64,000 nt of DNA, taken from IMG/VR virus record IMGVR_UViG_3300049427_000004, positions 114,867 to 178,866 of that record. The stretch is one strand, 5' to 3'. The position numbers were made by a program, and so were the translations under genes. Origin of the DNA: a virus. Positions within the stretch are counted from its first letter, which is position 1, and each line of letters begins with the position of its first letter. Positions 40,017 to 50,007 of this stretch are shown here, in pieces. The notes beneath the pieces were generated by a model. It was not told the DNA's origin, searched no databases, and was given only the letters and a program-made list of their open reading frames with translations.

Positions 40017-40592
40017 TTGGAACTACCTGACGATTACTCAATAAAAGTTCTTTCAAAAGGTGATACCGTTAAGGATTTTGACTGTTTTAATCCTTCATCT
40101 TACATAGAAATTGAAAAAAGAAGGCTGAAGATAATTAGGCGGCTTGATCAAGATATGACCTTGTTCTTAGCCAGAGGTGATGCATTGAAAGAACAAGAAT
40201 CTTCATTGAATACAACATCTTTGCTGCTTTATAATGATAAAGCCGTTGGATATGTTTCACTTTGTGCTGATAGTCTTCAATTAAAATCCAAATTTTCATC
40301 ACAGATAACACCTGCTTTAAAAGTTGCAAGATTAGCAATTGATAAGAACTTCCAAAATAAAGGTTTAGCAAAATTACTAATTAACTATGCTGTTTATAAA
40401 GCATTGATAATGAGAATTGAATTTTGTGGAGTTAAATTTTTAACACTGGATTGTTTTAGGCATAGACTTAGTTACTACACTGACAATATTGGTTTCAAAA
40501 AGAATGATTATCAAGGAAATCAAGGTGATATGGATCTTCCTTTTAGTTTAAGTTTAGATATTGATGAATATATTGAGTCTAGTCCAATGTAA
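40017..40592 (+). CDS. GNAT acetyltransferase, AtaT/TacT toxin-like
   Basis: VGYVSL, PALKVARLAIDKNFQNKGLA (acetyl-CoA motif A), LTLDC, YY...GF. Confidence 0.85.
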   Translation: MELPDDYSIKVLSKGDTVKDFDCFNPSSYIEIEKRRLKIIRRLDQDMTLFLARGDALKEQESSLNTTSLLLYNDKAVGYVSLCADSLQLKSKFSSQITPALKVARLAIDKNFQNKGLAKLLINYAVYKALIMRIEFCGVKFLTLDCFRHRLSYYTDNIGFKKNDYQGNQGDMDLPFSLSLDIDEYIESSPM

Positions 40593-40620
40593 AGTCACTC
40601 TCCAGCAGAGTGGCTTTTTT
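40592..40620 (+). terminator. Intrinsic terminator
   Basis: AAGTCACTCT-ccagc-AGAGTGGCTT-TTTT. Confidence 0.75.
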
Positions 40621-40715
40621 GTTGTGTGGAGATATTTGAATAATAATATGACAAAAGCCCCTAACTTTGAGTTGGAGGCTTTTGTTGTGATTGGTATTAT
40701 TGAACGAAATTAATT

Positions 40716-41249
40716 CTATCGAGAATTCTGCTCATCTTCATAATTTTTATCATGAGAAGCCTTCAAGGCATCATCATTAATTTCTTTAGAAGCAGTATTC
40801 TCTAATAATGTAACCGCAGTATTATTTATTGTTTTGGATGAGTTATCTATCGCATCTTCTACCACCGAACTAAATTTAATTAAGTCACTCTGCATTTTAG
40901 CGATTTGTTCTTGAATTTCACGAAATACTAAAGGTGGGGAAAAAGAACTGGCATACAGTTCCTCAGTTAACTCTATATGTCTTTCTTTTTTTACGAATTC
41001 TTTACCTTTGAGTATCCAGTCAGTAGAAACGTTGAAGAAATCTGAGAGGGCAATAATAATATCAGCACTTGGATTGTTTTTATCGTTTTCTATATTCGAG
41101 ACAGTTGCTGAAGTAATTGTCTTTGTCAAATAAGCTTTTGGCGAGTTTGTGGGTACTGGTATAGGTATATGAATATTTCTAGCTAATTCATCCATAGACA
41201 AACCTTTATTATGTCTTAAGTCGCGAATTCTCTGTCCAATTGTACTCAC
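40716..41249 (-). CDS. XRE-family HTH repressor with an insertion in the HTH turn
   Basis: IGQRIRDLRHNKGLSMDELA...TSATVSNIENDKNNPS...LSDFFNVSTDWILKG. Confidence 0.85.
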   Translation of the reverse strand: MSTIGQRIRDLRHNKGLSMDELARNIHIPIPVPTNSPKAYLTKTITSATVSNIENDKNNPSADIIIALSDFFNVSTDWILKGKEFVKKERHIELTEELYASSFSPPLVFREIQEQIAKMQSDLIKFSSVVEDAIDNSSKTINNTAVTLLENTASKEINDDALKASHDKNYEDEQNSR

Positions 41250-41366
41250 ATTGATTCACATCCCTTTTTTATAACTAAAACAATAATATAAAATATTTAA
41301 ATTCTAGTCAATAAAATCATATTAAATGACACTAAATATTTTCATTAAAAATATGTCTAGAAACTA

Positions 41367-41396
41367 TTGACATCTTGTAAGTATTTTTAGTATATT
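41367..41396 (+). promoter_or_regulatory. SigA-type promoter divergent from the XRE gene
   Basis: TTGACA (41367) - 18 nt - TATATT (41391). Confidence 0.55.
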
Positions 41397-41479
41397 GATT
41401 GCAGGAGGTTAGTAAATATTTTTAACAACACTAACTTCTTTTATGATTATACACCATTTGCTCAATTATATAAAGGGAG

Positions 41480-41914
41480 ATGTTCACAATGTCTAACGAT
41501 TACGACATCATCATCAATCTATCTGACAACATGGGGAACTCAAAAGAAGAATTGCTTTCATACATAGAGTATTTCAATGAAAATACTTCATCTGCTTACG
41601 AAGATGTAAAATTCCTTGTACAAACGCAGGAAAATTTGAACATGTGGTTTGAGTTCTGGAATGGTAATTCAGAGGAAGTAGATGAAACAAACTGGAAGCT
41701 TAGAGAATGGAAGATTAAACAGCATTTGGGTAGCTATGAAGAGTTTAATGACTTACTGATGATTGATCAAGAGGACTTTATAGTTACATACTTCCAACAA
41801 GCAGCAAGCCAAAGAACAATGTGGGAGTTAAATCGAGTGTTGGGCGAGATGAATGTTAGGGAATTGTGGCAGATACATAGTAAGTATCCGATGAGTAGGA
41901 TTGAGTATTTGTAA
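41480..41914 (+). CDS. Acidic aromatic-rich hypothetical protein
   Basis: AAGGGAG RBS; ~26 D/E vs ~11 K/R by hand count. Confidence 0.75.
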   Translation: MFTMSNDYDIIINLSDNMGNSKEELLSYIEYFNENTSSAYEDVKFLVQTQENLNMWFEFWNGNSEEVDETNWKLREWKIKQHLGSYEEFNDLLMIDQEDFIVTYFQQAASQRTMWELNRVLGEMNVRELWQIHSKYPMSRIEYL

Positions 41915-41946
41915 GGAAGTTGAGGATGTTATTTATAAGTTTTCCA

Positions 41947-42056
41947 TAGGTAGGTCGTGTCTAGCTAATAGAATTGACAAGGGCAGATACATCCCACTGC
42001 CCTTCTGTGGATTTATTATTGGGATAAATAGAGAGAAATATGGGAGCGGTTAATGG
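41947..42056 (+). promoter_or_regulatory. Structured leader with pseudoknot potential upstream of the endonuclease
   Basis: GTCGTG-loop hairpin; AAGGGCAG/CTGCCCTT stem whose loop ATCCCA (41991-96) is complementary to TGGGAT (42020-25). Confidence 0.45.
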
Positions 42057-43109
42057 ATGCTATTGACGAGTATAGTGATGGTGAAATGGAATCCGAAAAA
42101 TAGAATATTCTACGAAGAAAAAGGTTATGTATTTACGAAATATCGGGATACATTTGATGTGAGAATTGACGATTTAGCTCACGGGAGTCATGAAAAAATA
42201 GAATGCCTATGTGACTATTGTGGAGAAAAAATAGTGAAATCATATAAAACGTACACATCACGCTTAAAAGAGCAGATAATAAAAAAAGACGCTTGTAATA
42301 AATGCCAAAAATACAAAGTGTCGGATTGTTTAATTATTAGATATGGTGTTGACAATATTAGAAAAATAAACGGAGTTAATGAAAAAATAAAAATGACTAC
42401 TTTCAACACATATGGTGTTGAACATAATTCGCAATCTGAGAAAATAAAAGAAAAAAAGAAAACAACAAACTTAAAAAACTTCGGTGTCGATCATATTTTT
42501 AAAGATCCAAAAATAAGAGAAAATAGGAAAAAGACTTTCATAGATAAATTTGGTGCAGATAATCCAATGAAAAATAAAAATGTGCAATTGAAGGCACATA
42601 CCACTAATATAATTAGATATGGTTTTAAAAGTCCATCACAAAACCCAGAAATTCAAGCGAAGCAAAGAAAGTCCCTTTATGAGAATAACACTGCACCATC
42701 GTCGAAACAACAAAGATACATTCACCATGTCATTGGCGGAGAAATCAATTATCCAGAAAAGAATATTTCATTAGATATAGCTTTTTTAGATGAAAAAATA
42801 TACTTCGAATATGATGGAGGTGGACATGGATTAGCAGTCACCTTTGGGACATATACAGAAGAAGAATATCGAAAAAAAGAACAAAGAAGGTTTTACGCCT
42901 TAATGCGTTTAGGTTGGAGAGAGATTAGACTTAAAAGTAAAAAAGATAGGTTGCCATCAAAAGAAAAATTATTAGAAATTATGGTGTATGCAAAAAAATA
43001 TTTGATTGATGAAAATCGTCATTATATCAGATTCGATGTGGATGAAAATATAATAAAAACCAGTCAATACGAAAAATATTTTGATTTTGGTGATATTGCA
43101 ATCATTTAA
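42057..43109 (+). CDS. Free-standing homing-type endonuclease (Zn finger, 23-aa repeats, Vsr/PD-(D/E)xK domain)
   Basis: CLCDYC...CNKC; five [YF]G-initiated 23-aa repeats; LDIAFLDEKIYFEYDGGGH. Confidence 0.75.
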   Translation: MLLTSIVMVKWNPKNRIFYEEKGYVFTKYRDTFDVRIDDLAHGSHEKIECLCDYCGEKIVKSYKTYTSRLKEQIIKKDACNKCQKYKVSDCLIIRYGVDNIRKINGVNEKIKMTTFNTYGVEHNSQSEKIKEKKKTTNLKNFGVDHIFKDPKIRENRKKTFIDKFGADNPMKNKNVQLKAHTTNIIRYGFKSPSQNPEIQAKQRKSLYENNTAPSSKQQRYIHHVIGGEINYPEKNISLDIAFLDEKIYFEYDGGGHGLAVTFGTYTEEEYRKKEQRRFYALMRLGWREIRLKSKKDRLPSKEKLLEIMVYAKKYLIDENRHYIRFDVDENIIKTSQYEKYFDFGDIAII

Positions 43110-43179
43110 ACAATTCCTCCCACTGACCCTTATTATATTGTATAATGTTTACAATACAATTAAAGGGGCGGTGTTTATT

Positions 43180-43692
43180 ATACGTCATTCAGTTCTACTT
43201 CTACTCATGATTTTTATTCTTGTCTTCTCTGGTTGTTCCAATCTTAATCCAAATAATAAAACGACAAATACAGATAACGAGTACAGCAGCCTAATTGCAC
43301 AAGCAAAAGAATTGGATAAACAAGGTAAACCAGAAGAAGCATTTGACGTAATTGCAAAATTAGTCATAAAGACAGAAGATATGGAATTCTTAACAAGTCT
43401 ACTCGATCAGATTAATAAAGTTGAAGTGCCATTGGTTATCACAGGGCAATCCTCCAAACGTGATGGTGAGTATATGGTTACAAAAGGATCGCTTAAGAAC
43501 GATAGCACTGATACATTCGATAATGTAAAGGTGAAAGTAATCTTTTCAGATGACGCTGGTAATGTAGTTGATACTGATTGGACTTATGCTGTTGATTCAG
43601 TAGGAATAAAACCAAATGAATCCAAACAGTTTGAGTTGATGACAAAATATGTTAAAGGTATGAGTAAGGTTAAGTTTGAAATAATTCAATAA
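43180..43692 (+). CDS. Lipoprotein with FxLYD-like Ig domain (probable ATA start)
   Basis: Lipobox LVFSGC; G.LKNDS...V.V.F.DDAGNVVD...IKPNESKQF; GCGGTG RBS before ATA43180. Confidence 0.8.
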   Translation: MRHSVLLLLMIFILVFSGCSNLNPNNKTTNTDNEYSSLIAQAKELDKQGKPEEAFDVIAKLVIKTEDMEFLTSLLDQINKVEVPLVITGQSSKRDGEYMVTKGSLKNDSTDTFDNVKVKVIFSDDAGNVVDTDWTYAVDSVGIKPNESKQFELMTKYVKGMSKVKFEIIQ

Positions 43693-43703
43693 AAACTATT
43701 AAC

Positions 43704-43732
43704 AAGGGTGCTCACTATGGGCACTCTTTTTT
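43704..43732 (+). terminator. Intrinsic terminator
   Basis: AAGGGTGCTCA-cta-TGGGCACTCTT-TTTT. Confidence 0.7.
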
Positions 43733-43758
43733 GTTGTCTTGAAAAGGAGTGATATACA

Positions 43759-45276
43759 ATGAGCAATGACGTAAGGATTTTATTAAAAGCAGATTTAAAC
43801 AAGGGATTGTCGATCAACGAAATCAACAAGTCAATTAAAGAAATCCAGAAGTCGGATTCCTTACAAAAAATAAAAATAAAAGTTGATATTGATCAGAAGT
43901 TTACACAGTCAATTAATAGCTTTATTTCTGCTGTTTCTAAAATGAAGAAAATTAGTGATGAACAGTCTAAGGTTGTTAATCAGGTACAAACCGTTTACAA
44001 GGAATTAGATGGGTCAATAAAAACCACAACGCAAACCATTCTTAAGAATGGTGAAATTCTAACAAAAACTAAAGTCGTACATGATGCCACCAGAAAAATA
44101 ATTCAGGATGAATCGAATGCAGTTGCAAATTTGACTGAAAATGTTAAAAAATTAAATTCTGCTGATTTAGACTCAATAAAGGTACTTAAGAATAAGACAG
44201 GTGCAATAACAAGCTACAATGTTAAATCTTCGCAAGGTTACACGTTGACCAATAATAGAATTGGTGCAGATGGTCAAACAATGATCAACTCATCAATTAC
44301 TACCAATTATAAGAAACAACGTGAAGATCAGTTGCGTGAACAAGCAAGACTAAATAAAGCTACCGAGGCGCTGGATAGAGACCATTTTAATGCACTCAAA
44401 AGTAACCAAAAACGCAAAGAAGATATGGAAAAGTTACATTACCTTGCATTACAACAGAATAGGCAAAGAGATATTACTTTTCAGCAATCAATTGCAAGTC
44501 AACAAGCAAAAATTAATGATACAATGCGTAGGTTTGGAACTGATTCAAATGTAAAAAATCAATTACAACAACTTAATACTCAATTAAATAATGTCAAACC
44601 AATTGGTAATTACAAAAATGCATTAAAAGATTTAGATATTCAATTGAAGAATATTGTTGCTTCTGTGAAAACTTCTGGCTCGCATATTGATAAGATGGCG
44701 CAAGCCTTTTCTCAGGCTATGACAAAATTTCCGATATGGATGTTATCAGCAACACTTTTCTATGCTCCAATTAGAGCACTTCAGGATATGACACAGACAA
44801 TAATTCAAGTTGATACTCAAATGACTCAATTGAAACGAGTAATGGATCAAGACACAAACTTTGACAATATGATGAAGAGTGCAATTGATCTTAGTACCCA
44901 ATTAGGTCGCTCAATTGGAGATACGATGGAAAACATGATTGGCTTCGCACGCCAAGGATTTGATGAGATCGAGTCTACAAATTTAGCACAGACTTCTTTA
45001 CTCCTTCAAAATATCTCGGAGTTGAAACCTCAAGAATCAATTGATGCTTTAACATCGGCAATGATAGTATTCAATATTGAATCGAGTAAGAGTATAGAAA
45101 TTGCGAACAAGCTCAATGAAATTGATAACAATTACGCAGTTACCACACAAAACCTCGCTATAAGTATGCAAAAAGCTTCTTCTAGTGCCAAAACATTCGG
45201 TGTGAGTCTAGATGAATTGTTAGGGCACAGTACGGCCATTATGAGCGTTACGAGAGAATCGGGAGCAATTGTCGGT
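43759..45276 (+). CDS. Tape measure protein, exon 1 (506 codons)
   Basis: TP901-type TMP core (VDTQMTQLKRV...NEIDNNYAVTT...TRESGAIVG). Confidence 0.9.
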
Positions 45277-45534
45277 AAAATGATGCTGCCTAATACAACA
45301 ATGTATTAGTGAAAATTTCAACTAATTGACTTGGAAATCCTAACGTGTAGCCGAGGATGACAGGGGGCAAGTTTAAATACAGCCTGAACGACTAAATGTT
45401 GAAACGTCTTGTAATAAAGGCGATGCGATAGTCTGAACATTATGGAAACATAATGAGAAGTGGTCGAAGAACCATTTCCGCTATTCTTACTTGAATAGTC
45501 AGTAGCCAGTTCCTTCGGTGAAAGCAACAGAATG
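45277..45534 (+). ncRNA. Group I self-splicing intron (258 nt, no ORF)
   Basis: 5' exon ends in T, intron ends in G; P7 GACTA (45390-94)/TAGTC (45429-33); P3 TTTCAAC/GTTGAAA; splicing restores ESGAIVG|NSLKSIYSRI in frame. Confidence 0.88.
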
Positions 45535-48500
45535 AACTCATTGAAATCGATTTATTCTCGTATAACTACAATGTCCGAAGCAGAAACAATATTAAATAGT
45601 GTTGGTGTATCCATTCGTGATATGAGCGGCGAAGTTTTAGGAGTAAACGATATTTTAAGCACATTGTCGGGCAAATGGTCGTCGCTCACAGACGAACAAC
45701 GTCAAAATATCGGCGTTACAGTCGCTGGAAGATTTCAACTCAACCGTTTCCTCGCGCTAATGAGCAACTGGGATATTGCATTAGCTTCGACCGAAACTGC
45801 ACTTCACTCTCAAGGGTCAGCAATAAATGAAAACGCTAAGTACCTTCAATCTCTTGAAGCACGAATAAATAGAATGAAATCAGGATGGGAACAACTATCC
45901 TTAGCCTTCGGTGAAGCAGTCATAACTGACACATTAATTACACTAATTACTGTAGGCACAAGTCTTGCTGGTATTTTTACTAAGATTACTGAATCGGTAG
46001 GCGTTCTCCCTGTTCTTTTTGGTACAGTCGCTATCGCTACTTATGCTCTGAGTACTTCATTTAAATTAATGATTGTGAGCACAACGCAAGCCATTGCAGG
46101 ATTATTAAGGGTTCCTCTTGCGACTACTGCCGCATCTGCTGGTGCTTGGAGTCTATCTGCTGCTGTAAAAGCGCTAAATTTCTCTATAAAAGGTTTACTC
46201 GCTTCAACAGGAATAGGTTTGATATTTGTAGGAATTGGGTTTGCTGCCGAGTTTCTAATGAAAAAACTTGGAAATGCAAACAAAGAAATTGACGATTCGG
46301 TTGATAGTTTAACTACATTGGGTGATAGAGTTACTGAGATTACTCGTTTGACCGAGCTTTCGTCGGAATACGAATCTTTAGCCAAAAAAATATCGCTGAG
46401 CAATGATGAAAAAATCAAGCTATCCAGTATTGAAAGTGATTTGCAAACTAAGTATGGACTTTCATTAAAGGCACTTGATTCTGAAGGTGAAGGGTACAGA
46501 TTAAATAATGAACTGATAAAGCAAAAAATCTTATTATTGCAAGAAGAATTAAGAGTAAAAAATGAATCAGCCTCTTTAGATTTCAGAAGTAAAGAATCTT
46601 CGCTAAATAATGAAGCACAAAAAAATAAAGAACAAACTGATGATATGGCAGAGTCTTTAAAAAATGCTAAAGACGCACTAGAGGCGTTTATTAAAGCAAG
46701 AGAAAAAAACGAGCAATTAGTTTCACCGCTCGAATTGACAGCCGTAAGAACCAGCAGGAAAGATTTTTATACTCCTGATGATAAATTGATCGAGCAATTG
46801 GTTCAACAAAAAGGAGAAAATCTCGCAAAAGCTGTACGTAATGCTCAAGAAAAATATGATGGGGCAAATATTAAATATCAGCAATCCATTAACTCAATTT
46901 CACAGGGCCTGCGTGGAGAATTTCAAAACTACTTAAGTGTTCTTGAGGGTACTGGAACAAAAGTAGAGAGTACAACTAGGAACTTATTCGATGCATTAGC
47001 ATCGCTGTCGGCGCAGACTGGTAATACAAAATTCGCAAATGAAGACTTAAATAAAGTATTTGAAGTTTTTAATGGAGCGAATATTAAAAATGTAGAGGAT
47101 GCAAAAAAAGCATTTCTTAGCTTACCAGTGCCATTGGAGTTAACAGCTGAACAATTAAAAGAAATTGAATTGGCACTTAAGAAGGCGCAATTTGGTACGT
47201 ATTCTGACGGAACAGAAATGGCTGTAGAAGGAACGGAAGAATTCGCTAGTAAATCAGAAGAGTTGAAGAAGAAATTGGATAGCACTATCTCTACACTCTC
47301 AACTCTAGCCTCATCCTACGACACCCTCTCCAAAGGCGAACAACTCTCTGCTGACTCAGTAATTGATCTAATCGACACTTATCCCTCTCTCGCCAAATAT
47401 CTCGCTGAGACCAACGATCTCACATTTAAAAAGGGTGAACTCCTCAAAGAAGTAGCTGAGGCAGACAGACAAACAAGAATTGTTGAATTTCAGAATTCTT
47501 TAAAAGCTGTTGAGGTTACTCGCAATGAACTAACAGCTAAACAAGAACTCTACAAACAGTTTTATCAGAAATTAGTTGATGCTGGTTCTCCTATGGATAA
47601 CTGGATGGTTGGTTCAGTTCTAACTAATGAAGAAGAAGCGGCTTTAGAATCTGCAAATAAACAAGCAAACGATCTAAAAGCTAAAATTGCAGCCCTATCA
47701 CAACCATTATCATTCTACGGTGGATCATCCTCATCAAAAACCAAAAAAGAAAAATCATCAGGCTCCAAAGACGAAGCCAAACTAATCTCTTCCACAGAAT
47801 CACGCATTAACTCCATAAACGCTCTTTCTACTGCTCAAGCTAAACTAAACGATCAACTATCTTCATCCATCACTTCTGACTCATCTGTAGCTTCTCAGAT
47901 GTCTAAGACAACCGCTCTAATGGCCTCCCAAACTAAAGAGACATCATTACTCGAAGCAGCTAACAAAAAGCTCTTGGTTGAACGCTCTAACCTTCAAAAG
48001 TCCAACTCTAAATACAACATGTTGTCTTGGATTGATGCAAATGGTGAAGCAACTGAGTCTTATGTTAAACTCTACAACTCCATGAAGTCTGGTTCTGCAC
48101 AGGATTCTCTCCAATCACTATATGATCAATTTTCTCAATACACTCTCGCAGTTCGTGAAAACAGAAAATCTATAGGAGAAATCGTTGCTGATAATTCTAA
48201 TCTTGCTAAATCATTAAATGACCTCAAACTGTCATACACCAAAGCATACCTAGAGAAGCGTGACGCATCTTTAGCAGCCTATGACTCTGAACTTGAGACT
48301 TCTAACCTTGTTAAAAGTTTGCTTGACGAAGAAACAAATGCATATGGTCGAGAAATTGCAAATCAAACAGCGATACTGCAAACAAAAGGAAAAGCGCTTA
48401 AGGAAGATAATGCTTGGATTGTTAATCGGCTTGAAATAAACAAGAAAGCTGCAAAAACAGACAAGCTTACATCGGATCAAATAGACGAGTTAACTAATCG

Positions 48501-49950
48501 ACTTAAATCTAACTCGAAATTTATCCTAGAGAATGAAGTTGCTGTCAAGGAAAGTATTGATAGTTACAATGGGTGGTCTAAGTCAATAAAAGCAATTGCT
48601 CTTGATTCTGCAACTTCTATTATCGAAGCACAGAAGAAAATTGATCAATACAATTTAGATCAACAAGAAAAACAATTAGATGCATTTAAGAAATCTCAAA
48701 AATCCAGATTAGATAATGTTCAAGCCGAGATTGATGCTCTTCGTGAAAAATGGGACTTAGAGCAGGAAATTGCTGAGCGAAATGAATTTACCTCTGAAAT
48801 TTCTCGTCTCAATCAGGTTGCAGCTATACTTCAGAACAATACTCTCACATCTATTTCTGATGAACTCGCAAAACAACTTAATATCGAAGAACTCAAAAAG
48901 AGAGAAATCGAATATCAAAATAGTCTATTGGAGAAACAGAAAGAAATTCAAACAGTCCAAGCAGAGAAGAATGTTCGATTATTTGAGAATGGCGAATTTA
49001 GTTGGGTAGCTGATCCTCGTAAAATAAAGGATCTTCAAGATCAAATTACAGATTTAGAAAAAAGTCATAATGAGGATAGAAAAGATAATCTTGATTCTAT
49101 CTTAGAAGAGCTTAAAGGCAAAGAAGCGTCATATGCGGAATGGCAGAAACAAAAAGACAGAGATGCGATGATTGCCTTGCTTGAACAAAGGAAAGAAGCA
49201 ATCGAAGCAGAAACAGCTCTTCGTGAAGAAAAGTTTGCGCTTGAACAAGAAGCTTTTAATTCACATTATGAGCACATGGATATTCTAGCTGCTCAATATC
49301 TCGATAAATTGAAGTTAACTTATGGTTCGAAGTGGGACGAGATACTAGCTGTTCTTGAAGGTAAACTCTCTTCAGCTGAGGATATGTATAATAAGCTACG
49401 AGGTTACTCGGGGGATAGTTTGAATGGAGGCAGTACCAGCTCAGGTTCGAATGACATGAACTCGTCACTAGTTGAGCAAATGCAATCTAATTCAAATGCT
49501 TGGCATTCTGCCAGTCCTGATGAAAAGGATAAACTAGCTAAAGAAAATCAAAGTATAGCTAAAATTCTACAAGCTGGTGGGGTTGAAACTAAATATGATT
49601 CCAAGACTGGAAAATGGGATATTCTCAAATATCACACTGGTTTAAATGAAGGAATCGTAGGCGACAACAAAACCATGTCTTCTTGGCTTTCACAGAAATT
49701 TGGACTGAAGAGTAATGAAAAGCTTGTAAAACTGTTGAATGGCGAAGCAGTAATTAAAAACCCAATTAATATGGTAGATAATTTCTTGAGTGGTATAAGA
49801 AATCAGCAACCTAGTTTTGCAGGAATCTCTCCTTCAACCTCTTCAGTTGATAAATCTGAAACTTTCAATTTTTATGGAAATATTTCAGTCCAAGCTAATG
49901 ATGCTGCTCAATTTATTAAAAACCTACGTTTACAGGTTAAAAACAAATAA
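45535..49950 (+). CDS. Tape measure protein, exon 2 (spliced product ~1977 aa)
   Basis: AGRFQLNRFLALMSNW TMP motif, hydrophobic mid-segment, long coiled coils. Confidence 0.9.
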   Translation, partial: NSLKSIYSRITTMSEAETILNSVGVSIRDMSGEVLGVNDILSTLSGKWSSLTDEQRQNIGVTVAGRFQLNRFLALMSNWDIALASTETALHSQGSAINENAKYLQSLEARINRMKSGWEQLSLAFGEAVITDTLITLITVGTSLAGIFTKITESVGVLPVLFGTVAIATYALSTSFKLMIVSTTQAIAGLLRVPLATTAASAGAWSLSAAVKALNFSIKGLLASTGIGLIFVGIGFAAEFLMKKLGNANKEIDDSVDSLTTLGDRVTEITRLTELSSEYESLAKKISLSNDEKIKLSSIESDLQTKYGLSLKALDSEGEGYRLNNELIKQKILLLQEELRVKNESASLDFRSKESSLNNEAQKNKEQTDDMAESLKNAKDALEAFIKAREKNEQLVSPLELTAVRTSRKDFYTPDDKLIEQLVQQKGENLAKAVRNAQEKYDGANIKYQQSINSISQGLRGEFQNYLSVLEGTGTKVESTTRNLFDALASLSAQTGNTKFANEDLNKVFEVFNGANIKNVEDAKKAFLSLPVPLELTAEQLKEIELALKKAQFGTYSDGTEMAVEGTEEFASKSEELKKKLDSTISTLSTLASSYDTLSKGEQLSADSVIDLIDTYPSLAKYLAETNDLTFKKGELLKEVAEADRQTRIVEFQNSLKAVEVTRNELTAKQELYKQFYQKLVDAGSPMDNWMVGSVLTNEEEAALESANKQANDLKAKIAALSQPLSFYGGSSSSKTKKEKSSGSKDEAKLISSTESRINSINALSTAQAKLNDQLSSSITSDSSVASQMSKTTALMASQTKETSLLEAANKKLLVERSNLQKSNSKYNMLSWIDANGEATESYVKLYNSMKSGSAQDSLQSLYDQFSQYTLAVRENRKSIGEIVADNSNLAKSLNDLKLSYTKAYLEKRDASLAAYDSELETSNLVKSLLDEETNAYGREIANQTAILQTKGKALKEDNAWIVNRLEINKKAAKTDKLTSDQIDELTNRLKSNSKFILENEVAVKESIDSYNGWSKSIKAIALDSATSIIEAQKKIDQYNLDQQEKQLDAFKKSQKSRLDNVQAEIDALREKWDLEQEIAERNEFTSEISRLNQVAAILQNNTLTSISDELAKQLNIEELKKREIEYQNSLLEKQKEIQTVQAEKNVRLFENGEFSWVADPRKIKDLQDQITDLEKSHNEDRKDNLDSILEELKGKEASYAEWQKQKDRDAMIALLEQRKEAIEAETALREEKFALEQEAFNSHYEHMDILAAQYLDKLKLTYGSKWDEILAVLEGKLSSAEDMYNKLRGYSGDSLNGGSTSSGSNDMNSSLVEQMQSNSNAWHSASPDEKDKLAKENQSIAKILQAGGVETKYDSKTGKWDILKYHTGLNEGIVGDNKTMSSWLSQKFGLKSNEKLVKLLNGEAVIKNPINMVDNFLSGIRNQQPSFAGISPSTSSVDKSETFNFYGNISVQANDAAQFIKNLRLQVKNK

Positions 49951-50007
49951 TCCAAATGTGAGAGTGCAATAGAAAATATTGCACTCTTCAGAAAGGAGAG
50001 TAATCCT

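Noticed and set aside
45318-45527. Minus-strand 69-aa ORF between the TMP halves
   Set aside because: Antisense to the group I intron core; no RBS or recognisable motif.
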